The notes: generated from the letters alone by a model not told the origin. Counted from the first letter of the stretch, positions 28,829 through 39,203 are shown. The stretch: 64,000 nt of DNA from Chloroflexota bacterium (GCA_965221905.1 OZ244922.1:1-64000); one strand, 5' to 3'. Numbers and translations are program-made.

Positions 28829-30031
28829 CTATGCCGCCGCCTGCGCCGGCTTTTTCTTGATGAGCGCAAGCGCGGCGAGCGCCGCAAAGACCGAGACACA
28901 TCCGGAAAGTATGAATGCGCCCCCAAGCCCGAGGAGGTCGGCAACGGCCCCTGCCGTCATGGGGCCGAGAAACATGCCGATGGCGTAGACGGCCTGGAAG
29001 ACTCCCATTGCCGTGGCGCGGTCTTCGCTTGAAATCTCTCGAATGCTGAGCCCCATGAGCAAAGGATAGACAATACCGCGCCCGATCCCGTTAATGCCTT
29101 GGGATGCGGCGAGAAGCGGCACGTCATGGATGAGCGGCACTACAAACGTGGTGGCGGCCATTATCATCATGCCGGCAAAGACCGCCCAGTTGTCGCCAAG
29201 GCGTTGCGCGAAGCGGTGATTGACTAGTGACGCAAGCGTATACGGCACCAGCGATACCACGCCGATTATGCCCAACGTAAACTTGCTTGCGCCGAGGTCG
29301 TCGGCGTAGACCGGAATGAAGCTGAAGGTCGTTGCCCAAAAAGCGTAGTGGTTGAGCGCCGTGACCGAAGCGGCGATCAACAGCGCCGGATGGGTCATCA
29401 CGCGCCAAATCTGTCGGACCGTCGGCGGCGTTCGCGTTACGCGCTTCTCCTTGATCGGCACGGTCGAAATCAGACCGATGACTGCCAGGCCTGCACCCGC
29501 GTAGAAGGTGGCCACCATGCCCCACGACTCGGCAATTTGACCACCGGCAAGGTTGACTACGATCAGGGAGACGCCGTTGATCGCCGACATGATGCCCATG
29601 GCCTTGGGCGTCTCGTCGGCAGGAAAGTAGCTGGCATAGAGCACCGTGAAGGCCACCCAGGTGGCGGCGCTGATACCCAACACGCCCCGAAAGACCGCCA
29701 AGTACGTAGCAGTGGGCGCGAGCGCCAACCCTAAGCAACCGACAAAGTTGAAGAAGTGCCCCGCGTAGAGGAACGGCAGACGCCTGCCCCACCGGTCCGA
29801 CCACAACCCTAATGGAATTCGGAGCACCATCTGCACCAGGCCGTACGTCCCAACCACGATACCGATGAGCGTGAACGTGGCTCCCAGCGATTCCGCATAG
29901 ACCGAGAGGATCGGCGAGTAAACATAGAGCGCGCCCCAATAGAAGAACGTGCCCACATAGAACGCCCAGATCGTCAGCCGATCAGGCCGGTGGTGAGAAC
30001 CGGAAGTGGTCGCTTGCTGGGTCTTGGCCAC
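28829..30031 (-). CDS. MFS transporter
   Basis: About 12 TM segments; motif A GLWSDRWGRR. Confidence 0.92.
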   Translation of the reverse strand: MAKTQQATTSGSHHRPDRLTIWAFYVGTFFYWGALYVYSPILSVYAESLGATFTLIGIVVGTYGLVQMVLRIPLGLWSDRWGRRLPFLYAGHFFNFVGCLGLALAPTATYLAVFRGVLGISAATWVAFTVLYASYFPADETPKAMGIMSAINGVSLIVVNLAGGQIAESWGMVATFYAGAGLAVIGLISTVPIKEKRVTRTPPTVRQIWRVMTHPALLIAASVTALNHYAFWATTFSFIPVYADDLGASKFTLGIIGVVSLVPYTLASLVNHRFAQRLGDNWAVFAGMMIMAATTFVVPLIHDVPLLAASQGINGIGRGIVYPLLMGLSIREISSEDRATAMGVFQAVYAIGMFLGPMTAGAVADLLGLGGAFILSGCVSVFAALAALALIKKKPAQAAA

Positions 30032-30149
30032 AGGGCAGTTTGCTGCTTTCTCTTGTCAAAGTGTTGCGAAGTGATCTGCTAATGCCAATACTTACACTTT
30101 GGTATACTGAATCCGAGAGAACTTGACACACAAAGGTTAGGGGGGACTG

Positions 30150-30347
30150 ATGGGTTCATCACAGGATACAAGAAGCCAAGAACCCGAGCGCCCCAAGATA
30201 TACGTAACGGATAAGGGTGCCCGGTACGTCGACGTGAACGAATTGATGCGCAGCAAGAGCGGCCGTGCCGCAGTCAAAGCCGCAGCAAAGATTCCTGTCA
30301 ACAGACCGAACCACAAACCTTCCAAAGATAGCTCGTCGAAAGCGTAG
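30150..30347 (+). CDS. Small basic hypothetical protein (65 aa)
   Basis: AGGGGGA RBS; upstream TGgTATACT -10 element; IYVTDKGARYVDVNELMRS core. Confidence 0.6.
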   Translation: MGSSQDTRSQEPERPKIYVTDKGARYVDVNELMRSKSGRAAVKAAAKIPVNRPNHKPSKDSSSKA

Positions 30348-30465
30348 CTGTGTTGGAGCTTGGCGAGGCGCTAATTCCCATACTTAGGGCTTACTCACAG
30401 TTGCAGTCGAGACGTATTCTTGGCAATTGGCCGCGATAGACCGGCCACGGACCTATACGAGTGTT

Positions 30466-31185
30466 TTATGCCAGTCTTTCTTTCTTGAGGTATAGACGAC
30501 ACACATTGTTGGGGGAAACACGAAACTTCGTACCGTGGTTTCGGAGGGCTTCGCTGCCAGGGCTCTTCTCTCTTGCATCGAAGTCCACGGCGATGGTACC
30601 CATCACCATCTCAACTACAAATAGGGTTAGGTGTAACTCCTCAAAGCAGTCTGCTAGGGTAAAGCGAACTCTTCTCTTATCCCGCTCACCACTAACCAGA
30701 AGTAGACGACGAAGCTTGTTTCCTGCAACGTTCAGCAGTGTGTCGTGAGTCCATGTGGGAATGATTCCATTGCCCTTCAGTGGTCTTACAACCACATTAC
30801 CTGCGTCGTCCGCTACGACAAAGCGATCAGAACGGCCGGCAATGGTATGTCGAAAACTTAGGCGGCCTTGTGCGTCTTCCCAGCCATACTTACTCACCAT
30901 GTATCGCATGACGCCTTTGGGGGTAGGTTCTTTGTGAAACAGAGTGATATAGGAAGTCTTTGGGGTATTAAACTTAACCTCCCAGCCAAGTATATCGGCG
31001 ATATCTTGATTGCCAGTCTTGAGACCGAGCAGGTCTTCTAGGAAGTTCCCAGGGCCACCTGTCCCGTTGTAGCGCTTTGCTGGCGGCATTTTCTGCCATC
31101 CTAAAGCAATTATCTCTCTAACGCGCTCGAAGAGTTCCTTTTTGGTCTGGGGAGCCGGTGTGTCAAGCAGTCGTCGCACCGTCAC
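30466..31185 (-). CDS. MvaI/BcnI family type II restriction endonuclease
   Basis: GGPGNFLEDLLG..GN...ADILGWEVK (PD-ExK), ITLFHKEP, RNHGTKFR; overlaps the MTase stop codon. Confidence 0.88.
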   Translation of the reverse strand: MTVRRLLDTPAPQTKKELFERVREIIALGWQKMPPAKRYNGTGGPGNFLEDLLGLKTGNQDIADILGWEVKFNTPKTSYITLFHKEPTPKGVMRYMVSKYGWEDAQGRLSFRHTIAGRSDRFVVADDAGNVVVRPLKGNGIIPTWTHDTLLNVAGNKLRRLLLVSGERDKRRVRFTLADCFEELHLTLFVVEMVMGTIAVDFDAREKSPGSEALRNHGTKFRVSPNNVCRLYLKKERLA

Positions 31186-31979
31186 AGCAATTTCCTGTAC
31201 AAATGGCTTGCCGCTCTAATGCGCTCGTTCGCAAGCTCGCAGTATCTCTGAGATATCTCAATTCCAATCCAGTCCCTCCCTTGAGCTTGCGCCGCAATTG
31301 CCGTTTGTCCTGAACCCATGAAGGGATCGCACACCAGTTCGGCGTTCGTTGAGGCAATGCATCTTTGAGCTAGTTCTACCGGAAATGGCGCAGGGTGAGG
31401 GTTTTCGGTCTCTTGCGGGATTCGCCAAACGTCACCCTGGGCATTGGCTTTGGGCGCCAATCTGAATTCGGGCTTACAGATGAGATATACGACCTCATAA
31501 GTGGGTAGAAAGTAACCGGGATTGAAGTTGATTCCACCATCGCGCTGCCAGATGATGACTTGTCTCACCGGGAAGCCCTCAAGAATGTCGCTTCTGTCTT
31601 GTAGTAAGCCGCCCTGTACCCGCCACTTGTGGTTGTAGAAGATGGCTCCATCCGACTTCAACAACCGCATCATGGCTGTGAGACAATCACGTTGCCATTC
31701 AACATATTCTTGGTGCGGCATGGCGTCATCATGGCCGTCATAGCCATAGACGAGAGCAGCCTTTTCCCACTTTCCACCCCGTCCATCTTTCATTCCGTTA
31801 CCAGTACTGTTTCGCAGATTGTAGGGAGGTGAGGTAACAAACAAATCTACAGACTCAGGCGGCAGCCTCTTCATGAAGTCTAGGCAGTCTGCTTGATGGA
31901 CTCTGTTAATCCACTCACGGGGAATTTGGCTTAGATGATGCCGGGGCACATTCGAATGTGTAAGGATTGAGTTGCTCAT
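31182..31979 (-). CDS. Site-specific DNA methyltransferase (N4-C/N6-A, beta class)
   Basis: TSPPY motif IV precedes HPAPFP and DPFMGSGQT motif I. Confidence 0.93.
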   Translation of the reverse strand: MSNSILTHSNVPRHHLSQIPREWINRVHQADCLDFMKRLPPESVDLFVTSPPYNLRNSTGNGMKDGRGGKWEKAALVYGYDGHDDAMPHQEYVEWQRDCLTAMMRLLKSDGAIFYNHKWRVQGGLLQDRSDILEGFPVRQVIIWQRDGGINFNPGYFLPTYEVVYLICKPEFRLAPKANAQGDVWRIPQETENPHPAPFPVELAQRCIASTNAELVCDPFMGSGQTAIAAQAQGRDWIGIEISQRYCELANERIRAASHLYRKLL

Positions 31980-32026
31980 ATCACTAGGCCTTGCTACCAG
32001 ATCCGTCTCCCGTTCATGGTTTTCAA

Positions 32027-32044
32027 GACTAGAGTCTTCTAGTC
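32027..32044. promoter_or_regulatory. Palindrome upstream of the MTase, possible operator
   Basis: GACTAGA-gtct-TCTAGTC. Confidence 0.4.
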
Positions 32045-32091
32045 AAGGAAATCGTCAGCATCGCTAGTTTTGGAGTATTTTCGATTCCATT

Positions 32092-35070
32092 CTACTCCAA
32101 CCGGATACACGCGTGCTCCACGCCGAAGCGCACGAAGGTGTAGTCATCGGTCCAGTTAAGCCAGTCAGAAAAGGTGGCCGGGGAGACGGCCAGGACTTCG
32201 CCATCGCGGTGATGGTGGGGGCCGAGCAGGTTATGGAGCGTGCCCACAAGCTCCAATTCCAGCGTATTCTCGCCCTCAACCAATAGGGATGAAATATCGA
32301 GCTCATGGGGCCGCCAGACCAGCGTGCCGGCCTCTTTGCCGTTCACGCGCGCAATGGTGACGGTAGCATCGAGCCCGTCGAGCGCCAATGCGGCAGCGCC
32401 ACCGTGGCGAGAGACCTGCACCTCCTGCGTGAGCCTGACACGACCGGCATAGAAGGGCAAACCCTGATGCGTGAGATCGCCTGACTGCGCTTGCGTCGGA
32501 GCTGAGACGAGCCTAAAGCCATCCTCCGCTTGCTCAACGCCAAATTCGCCAATTATGTAGCAGGCTTCGATCTCCATGTCGAGACTTGTCACGCCCTCCA
32601 ACGTAATCGAGTTCGTGCCGGGCCGGGCGAGCGTGCCAATCGGAATGCGCCGGAAAGTGGTATCGAGCCAATAGCCGTCGCCGTCATCATGCTCGACCGC
32701 CGTGCCGTTCACCGAGATGCAAAATTCATCCGGACGCTCCACCACCAACGTGAGATCGTGCCCCGTCGCTAGACCGGATTCAAAAGTGTACTGCACGGCA
32801 AACGGTACGCCAGTGCCGGTAATCCGGAAGTGTTCCAGGGTACCGGCTCTCCGTGAGATTTCCAGGGCCTTCAGATGGGGCACCGGGTCCTGCCACCCGC
32901 CGTCGGCAATGCGATAGGCGCAATAGTCAAGCGTGAGCGCGTTGGGGTCCAGCAATTCCAAGTTCCAGGTAGCACCCGCATCCACTGAGTCGGTATAATT
33001 CGGTGCTGTCGCCGCCTCGCCGGCTTGGCCGCTGGGATCACTGACCAGCAAGTACGAGCCGACCGGGGCAAACGGCAGTGTGATGGCGCCATTACCCGCG
33101 TGATCCTGTGCGGGCAGCGGTTGTACCTCGCCGGTGGCCGCGTCCCACACCTGCCAGTTCCCGGCATCGGGCAAGTGCACGGTGTAGTTGCCGCCCTCGT
33201 CTTGGCTCGTGTTTGCCAAGAAGAGAGTTTGCGCGACGCCGTTGCGCCGCAGGTTGTACCAGACGTGCGGCACCTCGCTGCCATCCCCATTGGTCACCCG
33301 GACCGGCCGCGCCAGGTGCGGCTCCAGCGTCGCCGCCAGGGGTTCGTCTCCAAGTGGCAGCGTCTCACACGCGGCAATCAACGCATCCACGGTGTCGTCG
33401 CGATCGCCTTCAATCAATGTTGGCTTTTCGTCGCAGAAGAACACTACCCCGCCGGCGGCCCTGAACGCCTGAAGTATCTCGACCGTAGTACTCGCCAGAG
33501 TTATGCTCGGCGGTACGATAACCACACGGTAGCGCATCCGGCCGACGACCAAGCAATCGTTTTCCACGCGGGCATGACGCGCCATGATCGACTCATCGCC
33601 AAAGTGGTAGTCGAAGTGCTCTTCCAAGAGCCGTGTTGAAAGCGCAACCCAAGGATCGTTTATTGCCCGTGCTGCCTGGGGGTTCTGCGGACGAAACACC
33701 GACCACGCACTGCTAATTGGATGCACGACGAGGAGGTCTACCACGCGCTCGCCCTGACTGAGCGCATAGGAGAGTCGGGCGTAGTAGTCGTCGATCAAGG
33801 CATTGTGCGGCCACCACGGTTGCTGGTAGAAGATATCCGGCGGGTAGTCCCGCTTGCGCGCGCCACGGAGCGTATACGACGACAGGTGCGGATTGAGGAA
33901 GTTTATTCCCAGCACGCACTGCCAGTCGCCAATCCACTTGCGCCCTTCAAACGAGAGGTTCTGCCCTGAGCAGCCATAGGTCTCAGAAAGAGCCCTTTCT
34001 TTGCCAAGCTGGCAAACGACGCTATCCAACTGCTTGGGCGTCACGAGATCGGCAATGTTGCGGCGCAGGTGGTCGATACCCGGATAGTGCATGTACTCAT
34101 AGTGGGGCATCACCGCGCCAGACACCGGAATCTGCTGCTGGAGCGAATCCTCGTAGAGGTAGTGTCCGGTGAGCTTGAGGTTGTGGGCGTCGCACCACTC
34201 GTAAATCTGCTTTGAGTACGCCTCGACGAATTGCTCCGTGATGGCGCGCCAATAGTGATACCGCACCTTTCGGTAGTCACCGGTGTCAAAAAAGAGCAAC
34301 GGCAGGTGCGGAATTAGGTCATAGCCAAATTTCTCCTCGAAAATCCGGGCAAACCCTTTCGTCCATGGAACGGACATCTCCGGGTACTCCTGATGAAAGG
34401 AGCAAAAATTCGGCTCGTCGGTGAACATGCCGGGAACCACCGTACCGAAGTCGTCGCCTAAGACTTCATGATAAGCGGCATACGTGTTGGTGATGAATTC
34501 ACGCACGCCCTCTACGCTAAGCTGGTCGCTATAGGCCGCCCCGTTGAACCAATCGCTGCCGAGCGGCGCGATCCATTCGTGAAACTGCAGGTAGGTGAGA
34601 TGGGCATCGTCTTGCTGGCCATCTACCAGCCGCACGTCGGTGAGTTTGTCACCATTCAGACGGCCCGCAAATTCCGCCACGCTTTCCGCATAGGTGTCGT
34701 AACGATTGAACACCCTGCAGGCAAGCACGCGCATGCGAAAATCGGGGTCCTTGAGTGCGGTCATGCCGCCTGCGAAGCCGCTCGGCCACTTGTCTTCATC
34801 GTAGAGCCAGGCGTGCATGCCGCGCCGCCGGGCCTCCTCCACACACGTGCGAATGCGGTCCATCCATTCCGGCGTCATGTAAGGCGTCTTTAAACCCAAC
34901 CGGGAGTGCATGAAGAAGCCGCCCCACCCGGCTTTCTCCATCTCGTCGATCTGCCGCACCAACTCGCCGTCTTCCAGCCAGTCATTCCACGACCAGAACG
35001 GCACAGCCCGATATTCGACGCCAGGGTCGCGAAAGGTCTCTCTATCCATTACAAGAGCCTCCAAAGGCAT
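32092..35070 (-). CDS. Large glycoside hydrolase (GH106/alpha-L-rhamnosidase-like)
   Basis: PFWSWN, GGFFMHSR.GL, WLYDEDKWPSG, FTDEP, PGIDHL, LSETYG; C-terminal sugar-binding-like domain. Confidence 0.85.
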   Translation of the reverse strand: MPLEALVMDRETFRDPGVEYRAVPFWSWNDWLEDGELVRQIDEMEKAGWGGFFMHSRLGLKTPYMTPEWMDRIRTCVEEARRRGMHAWLYDEDKWPSGFAGGMTALKDPDFRMRVLACRVFNRYDTYAESVAEFAGRLNGDKLTDVRLVDGQQDDAHLTYLQFHEWIAPLGSDWFNGAAYSDQLSVEGVREFITNTYAAYHEVLGDDFGTVVPGMFTDEPNFCSFHQEYPEMSVPWTKGFARIFEEKFGYDLIPHLPLLFFDTGDYRKVRYHYWRAITEQFVEAYSKQIYEWCDAHNLKLTGHYLYEDSLQQQIPVSGAVMPHYEYMHYPGIDHLRRNIADLVTPKQLDSVVCQLGKERALSETYGCSGQNLSFEGRKWIGDWQCVLGINFLNPHLSSYTLRGARKRDYPPDIFYQQPWWPHNALIDDYYARLSYALSQGERVVDLLVVHPISSAWSVFRPQNPQAARAINDPWVALSTRLLEEHFDYHFGDESIMARHARVENDCLVVGRMRYRVVIVPPSITLASTTVEILQAFRAAGGVVFFCDEKPTLIEGDRDDTVDALIAACETLPLGDEPLAATLEPHLARPVRVTNGDGSEVPHVWYNLRRNGVAQTLFLANTSQDEGGNYTVHLPDAGNWQVWDAATGEVQPLPAQDHAGNGAITLPFAPVGSYLLVSDPSGQAGEAATAPNYTDSVDAGATWNLELLDPNALTLDYCAYRIADGGWQDPVPHLKALEISRRAGTLEHFRITGTGVPFAVQYTFESGLATGHDLTLVVERPDEFCISVNGTAVEHDDGDGYWLDTTFRRIPIGTLARPGTNSITLEGVTSLDMEIEACYIIGEFGVEQAEDGFRLVSAPTQAQSGDLTHQGLPFYAGRVRLTQEVQVSRHGGAAALALDGLDATVTIARVNGKEAGTLVWRPHELDISSLLVEGENTLELELVGTLHNLLGPHHHRDGEVLAVSPATFSDWLNWTDDYTFVRFGVEHACIRLE

Positions 35071-35269
35071 TGCATATGAAGCGTTTTGGCAAGTCTATTG
35101 GCTGCATTGTACTCACGCAAGATAGCGAGAGACAAGCAGAAAACACTTCGCAATAGAATCATCAGAACTAGTGTGCTTCTTGAATGAACATGCCAAGATA
35201 CCAGACGAATGGACAGCGCCACTTGAGTCGTTGAAGACCTCTACTAGAATCGAGGTTCAGTCGGACACG

Positions 35270-36286
35270 CTACTGGCGGTTGTGTTCAAACCAACCTGCT
35301 TTAATCTTTCGGGCCAACTTCCTGAAGTCCATTTGTGCATCTTGGGCAGCGGCGGCGTGACCACCAATAGCACCGTCTGCGGGAGTGAGCTTGAAGATGG
35401 GCTTCCGTACTTCCTGAGCCATAGGGACAAGACTCCGGTAATGCTTGACTGTAGCAAGAGAATGTTCATCTTCTTCAGGCGTTCGAGGGTAAGGTCCTGT
35501 CTTATTCATTAGCAGGTTTTCCGCATACTCTCTTGGCATACGATTAACCCACTTATCGTACGCCTTAACAGGCCGAGAAAGACGAATGCTGTGCTGCTGC
35601 ACCACATAACCAATGGGCTGCATGTTGCCTCTGGGAAGTGGGAATGCGGGTGCAGTCCAATTATCTCTTCGCTTTTGCCAGTCTTGCCGCCATGAGCGCA
35701 GGGAAGGGCCCAGGTTTCGCAAGCCTTGCAGGGAAAGCAAGTCGGCCCCCAGAGGGACGACTACATAGTCGGTAGCTATTAAGGCTGAACGGTTGATGGC
35801 GCCAAGGTTTGGGCCAACATCAGCTAGAATTATCGAAGCATTCATTGCTTCTGCCCCTGCCTGCATAATGGTCGAAAACGCAGTCAAAATCCGAAATGGT
35901 CTAAAAAGATCACTGGACCCAAGCGCGTTCGGCCATTCAGCAGATAAGGTGTCCTCAAAGCCAGCCAACGCCAAGTCTCCCGGAAGCAAGCTGAGTTGCT
36001 CTGTAATCTGTTGAAGATCAGGCTGTTGCAGATCGCCAACTCGCATTAGCGGTTCTACACATTGGAATATAGTGCTTGCGGCTGAAGAAGCACTGTGATT
36101 TCCATTCCAAAGGGTCTCGACACGCTCATCTTCAAGAAACATGCTCGTAAGGTTCGCTTGCGGATCTAGGTCTGCGGCAACAACTCTAATCCCTAAGTCG
36201 GCGTACATCCACGCCAAGTGATAGACGAGAGAGGTCTTGCCAACCCCGCCCTTGTTATTGAAAAAGGTGAGAACGGGTACACTCAC
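35270..36286 (-). CDS. ParA/MinD-family ATPase
   Basis: Deviant Walker A FNNKGGVGKT; DLDPQANLT; DVGPNLG. Confidence 0.92.
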   Translation of the reverse strand: MSVPVLTFFNNKGGVGKTSLVYHLAWMYADLGIRVVAADLDPQANLTSMFLEDERVETLWNGNHSASSAASTIFQCVEPLMRVGDLQQPDLQQITEQLSLLPGDLALAGFEDTLSAEWPNALGSSDLFRPFRILTAFSTIMQAGAEAMNASIILADVGPNLGAINRSALIATDYVVVPLGADLLSLQGLRNLGPSLRSWRQDWQKRRDNWTAPAFPLPRGNMQPIGYVVQQHSIRLSRPVKAYDKWVNRMPREYAENLLMNKTGPYPRTPEEDEHSLATVKHYRSLVPMAQEVRKPIFKLTPADGAIGGHAAAAQDAQMDFRKLARKIKAGWFEHNRQ

Positions 36287-36288
36287 TG

Positions 36289-37512
36289 CTATTGCCTCTC
36301 CTCTTTGGACTTCGCCCTAATCGTCACAAAGACATGGTTTTCAGGGAAAGCGAATTCCGGTTCAGGATGACCGGCCTCTTCCAGGAGTTGGCGGGCCCTT
36401 GGTATACCGTAGCCAAAGCGCTGCACGAAGCCAAGGGTTTTCATAGCATCCGCCACGTTCGGATTGCGGTAATCAACAATACCAAACGAACCGAGATTGT
36501 CGGCAGTAACCGCCCCGAATAGGCCGCCGGGACTGATTACTTCGAGGCGATCGTTATACCAGTAGACCCTCACCGGCGCGTTTGTTTCCTCATACGTACG
36601 ATGCATAATGGCGTTTAGGATGATCTGCTGAATAGCTGCGTTGGGATAGAGACTAGTCCGCCGTTCGACCAGGCCGGAGATGATGTCAACTGCAGTCCGA
36701 TTGTGAGCGATCAGCTTCTCATCCAAGCGTCGGACAATGTCCGGGATAGTGCCACGAAACTCCTGGCTGTCAATGATGTCGCTTGTTATGTCCGGGCCAT
36801 TCAGCCGAAGGAATTGAACATAAGCTCCCGGCAAGAAATCCTGCGGGTTCTTCCCAATCATCAATATCCCCAACACGGTGGGCAAAGGTTCTCTAGCGGT
36901 CGCGGTCATCTTCGTCGCGGCCAATTGCTCTTGAGTGCTGCGCTCATTGGCTTCGAGGATGTCTGGCGAAAAAGCCTGTGTCAGATACTCATGCTCAAAC
37001 TGAGGCAGGTTTAGATCGCTCAACGTGGCAGAAGGAATAGGTTGTATGTCGAACGGAATGTCTCTATAGCGGCGTTTCTCATTGAGAATGCGTTCATCCT
37101 GCGCAGTTGCAGTCCCTCTCCGAGAGCCAATGCGGACATGCACGCGGCCGTCATAACGGACTGGCGGCGAATCGGACGGCTGCACCGCAATCACAGCAAC
37201 TTCGTTTCCACTAACAGAACGTCGCTCTACTGTCAGCGAGGGCGGCGGCACAATGTTGCCATCGGTTTTCATATCCGCCAGTTGCCGGAGTAGCTCATCT
37301 GTGACCGACAAGCCGGCAACAGTGCCATCATCCCGCACGCCCACGAATACAAACCCCTGCTTGCGGTGGTCGGGTAGATCATTAGCAAAAGCGCATATGG
37401 CTTCACGAATCTTCTTGGGCGCATCGCCGCGCAAGGACTCCTTGAACTCGACGCGGTCCGATTCACCTTCACGCAATTGCTGAATCACGTCGTCATTATC
37501 AAGGTCTGTCAT
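36289..37512 (-). CDS. Schlafen/AlbA_2 domain plus RecG-C/HATPase_c_4-like domain protein
   Basis: GESDRVEFKES, ICAFAN, FVGVRDDG; NAIMHRTY, LEVISPGG, YRNP, VQRFGYGI; start ATG 37512. Confidence 0.88.
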   Translation of the reverse strand: MTDLDNDDVIQQLREGESDRVEFKESLRGDAPKKIREAICAFANDLPDHRKQGFVFVGVRDDGTVAGLSVTDELLRQLADMKTDGNIVPPPSLTVERRSVSGNEVAVIAVQPSDSPPVRYDGRVHVRIGSRRGTATAQDERILNEKRRYRDIPFDIQPIPSATLSDLNLPQFEHEYLTQAFSPDILEANERSTQEQLAATKMTATAREPLPTVLGILMIGKNPQDFLPGAYVQFLRLNGPDITSDIIDSQEFRGTIPDIVRRLDEKLIAHNRTAVDIISGLVERRTSLYPNAAIQQIILNAIMHRTYEETNAPVRVYWYNDRLEVISPGGLFGAVTADNLGSFGIVDYRNPNVADAMKTLGFVQRFGYGIPRARQLLEEAGHPEPEFAFPENHVFVTIRAKSKEERQ

Positions 37513-37670
37513 CGTGAATGCTTCGCTCTTGGCACCGGCACAGCCGACGTTTTGCTCGCCGTTGAGGCGCAAACTGCATAGTAGAGGCACGACATGTCGT
37601 GCCCCTACACATCCTAAATCGTTCACAACAAACAGCGCCCGCAGCGGCCCAGAACGCTAAACTAGGCAGG

Positions 37671-39011
37671 CTATTTGCCCGTGATGCGGTAGATCGTGCC
37701 GTTGCGGATGATCACGTACACCTCACCCTGGGCATCCTCGCCGAATGAGGTAATTTCCGACGGCGCGATCAGAAGCACCGTGCGCAGCCAGGCGCCGTCG
37801 GCCTGGGGTGTGAGCGTCCAGACGATGCCGGAACAGTAGTCGCCAAAGATGTAATTGCCGACGAGCGCCGGGAGGTTTTTGCCGCGATAGACATAGCCGC
37901 CGGTCACGGAGCAGCCCTCGTCGCGGCCGTACTCCGCAATCGGGAAGACCATCTCCCTACGGACCATTCCCGCTCTATTGCCTTCGCTACCGAAGGGCTG
38001 ACTACCCTCAAACCCATTCCAGCCGTAGTTCTCGCCGCCCGGACTGGAAGCCGGCTGGAAATTCACCTCTTCCAGTTTATTCTGACCCACGTCGGCGATA
38101 AAGAGATCGCCCGTAACGCGGTCGAACGAGAAGCGCCAGGCGTTGCGCAGCCCCCACGCCCAGATCTCCGGCAGCGGTCCTTCATGTCCGACGAACGGGT
38201 TGTCCGCGGGGACGGCGTAGCCGCCGCCTGTGCGCACGTCGATGCGGAGCAGCGTGCCAAGCAGCGTTCCCCGATTCTGCCCGTGGCCCTGCGGATCGCC
38301 GCCGGAGCCGCCGTCACCGAGCCCGATATACAGGTAGCCGTCGGGGCCGAATTTGATCTGACCGCCGTTGTGGTTTCCATACGGTTGATCCGCCTGCAGC
38401 AGCACCTCTTCGCTATTGGGATCAGCCGCATCGGGGTTGTCGGCTGAGACGCGGTAGCGGGCAACCGCAGTATCCCCGCCTTTGTCCGTGTAGTAAACGT
38501 AGAAGATGCCGTTCGCCCCGTAATCGGGATCGAATGCCATGCTCAACAGGCCCTGCTCGTTGGCGTTGGAACCCACGCGCGACCGAATCTCGAGGAAGAG
38601 CGGTTCTTGGCGTCGACCGTCTTTGAGGATGGCGATAGTACCGTACTGCTCCACTACGAAGAGCCGACCGCTGGCATCGCCGGGCGCATACGTAAGGTAG
38701 AGAGGACGATTGAACCCGGCGCCGACCTCTTCTAGACCATACGCGCTTTCTGCCGGCGGTTGTGGGGTGCTTTCGGCGGCCGCTGGCGCTGCGGTGGGCA
38801 CGCTCGTTGCCTCTGGCTCAGGCAGTGCGGTCGGCACAGTCTGCGTGGGAATGGCCGTGCTGATCACCGGTGTTGGGGTGGACGGATCAGGCTCCTCACC
38901 ACCACACCCGTTCAAGAGAAAGCCGGTCAATACGACCAGCAGCGAAAGTACTCCCAGCCTGAAAACTGTCAGCCCACGACTCGATGCGTGCACACTTGCC
39001 ATTCTGTTCAT
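37671..39011 (-). CDS. PQQ-dependent sugar dehydrogenase (glucose/sorbosone dehydrogenase) lipoprotein
   Basis: Lipobox LNGC; EQGLL, NHNGG, FGPDGYLY, GLRNAWR, SVTGG. Confidence 0.92.
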   Translation of the reverse strand: MNRMASVHASSRGLTVFRLGVLSLLVVLTGFLLNGCGGEEPDPSTPTPVISTAIPTQTVPTALPEPEATSVPTAAPAAAESTPQPPAESAYGLEEVGAGFNRPLYLTYAPGDASGRLFVVEQYGTIAILKDGRRQEPLFLEIRSRVGSNANEQGLLSMAFDPDYGANGIFYVYYTDKGGDTAVARYRVSADNPDAADPNSEEVLLQADQPYGNHNGGQIKFGPDGYLYIGLGDGGSGGDPQGHGQNRGTLLGTLLRIDVRTGGGYAVPADNPFVGHEGPLPEIWAWGLRNAWRFSFDRVTGDLFIADVGQNKLEEVNFQPASSPGGENYGWNGFEGSQPFGSEGNRAGMVRREMVFPIAEYGRDEGCSVTGGYVYRGKNLPALVGNYIFGDYCSGIVWTLTPQADGAWLRTVLLIAPSEITSFGEDAQGEVYVIIRNGTIYRITGK

Positions 39012-39203
39012 AGAGCTACCCTATCCTGCGCGTTAGTTGACCAAGAACACCGAGATTATTCCTATTTCGCATCAGCCGCAGCACGAACCGTGTTGAACGC
39101 ACCGCCCTAGCGGCCTCTCCTCATTTCCATGATACACTGGGTAGCGCCGCATCGGCAGCAGATCGAATCTCCGGATTGATCTCATATTAAGAGGCGCAGT
39201 CAA

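Noticed and set aside
35270-36286. Chromosome or plasmid partition locus
   Set aside because: No parB, parS palindrome or rep gene is nearby, and the gene is coupled to an AlbA_2 gene.
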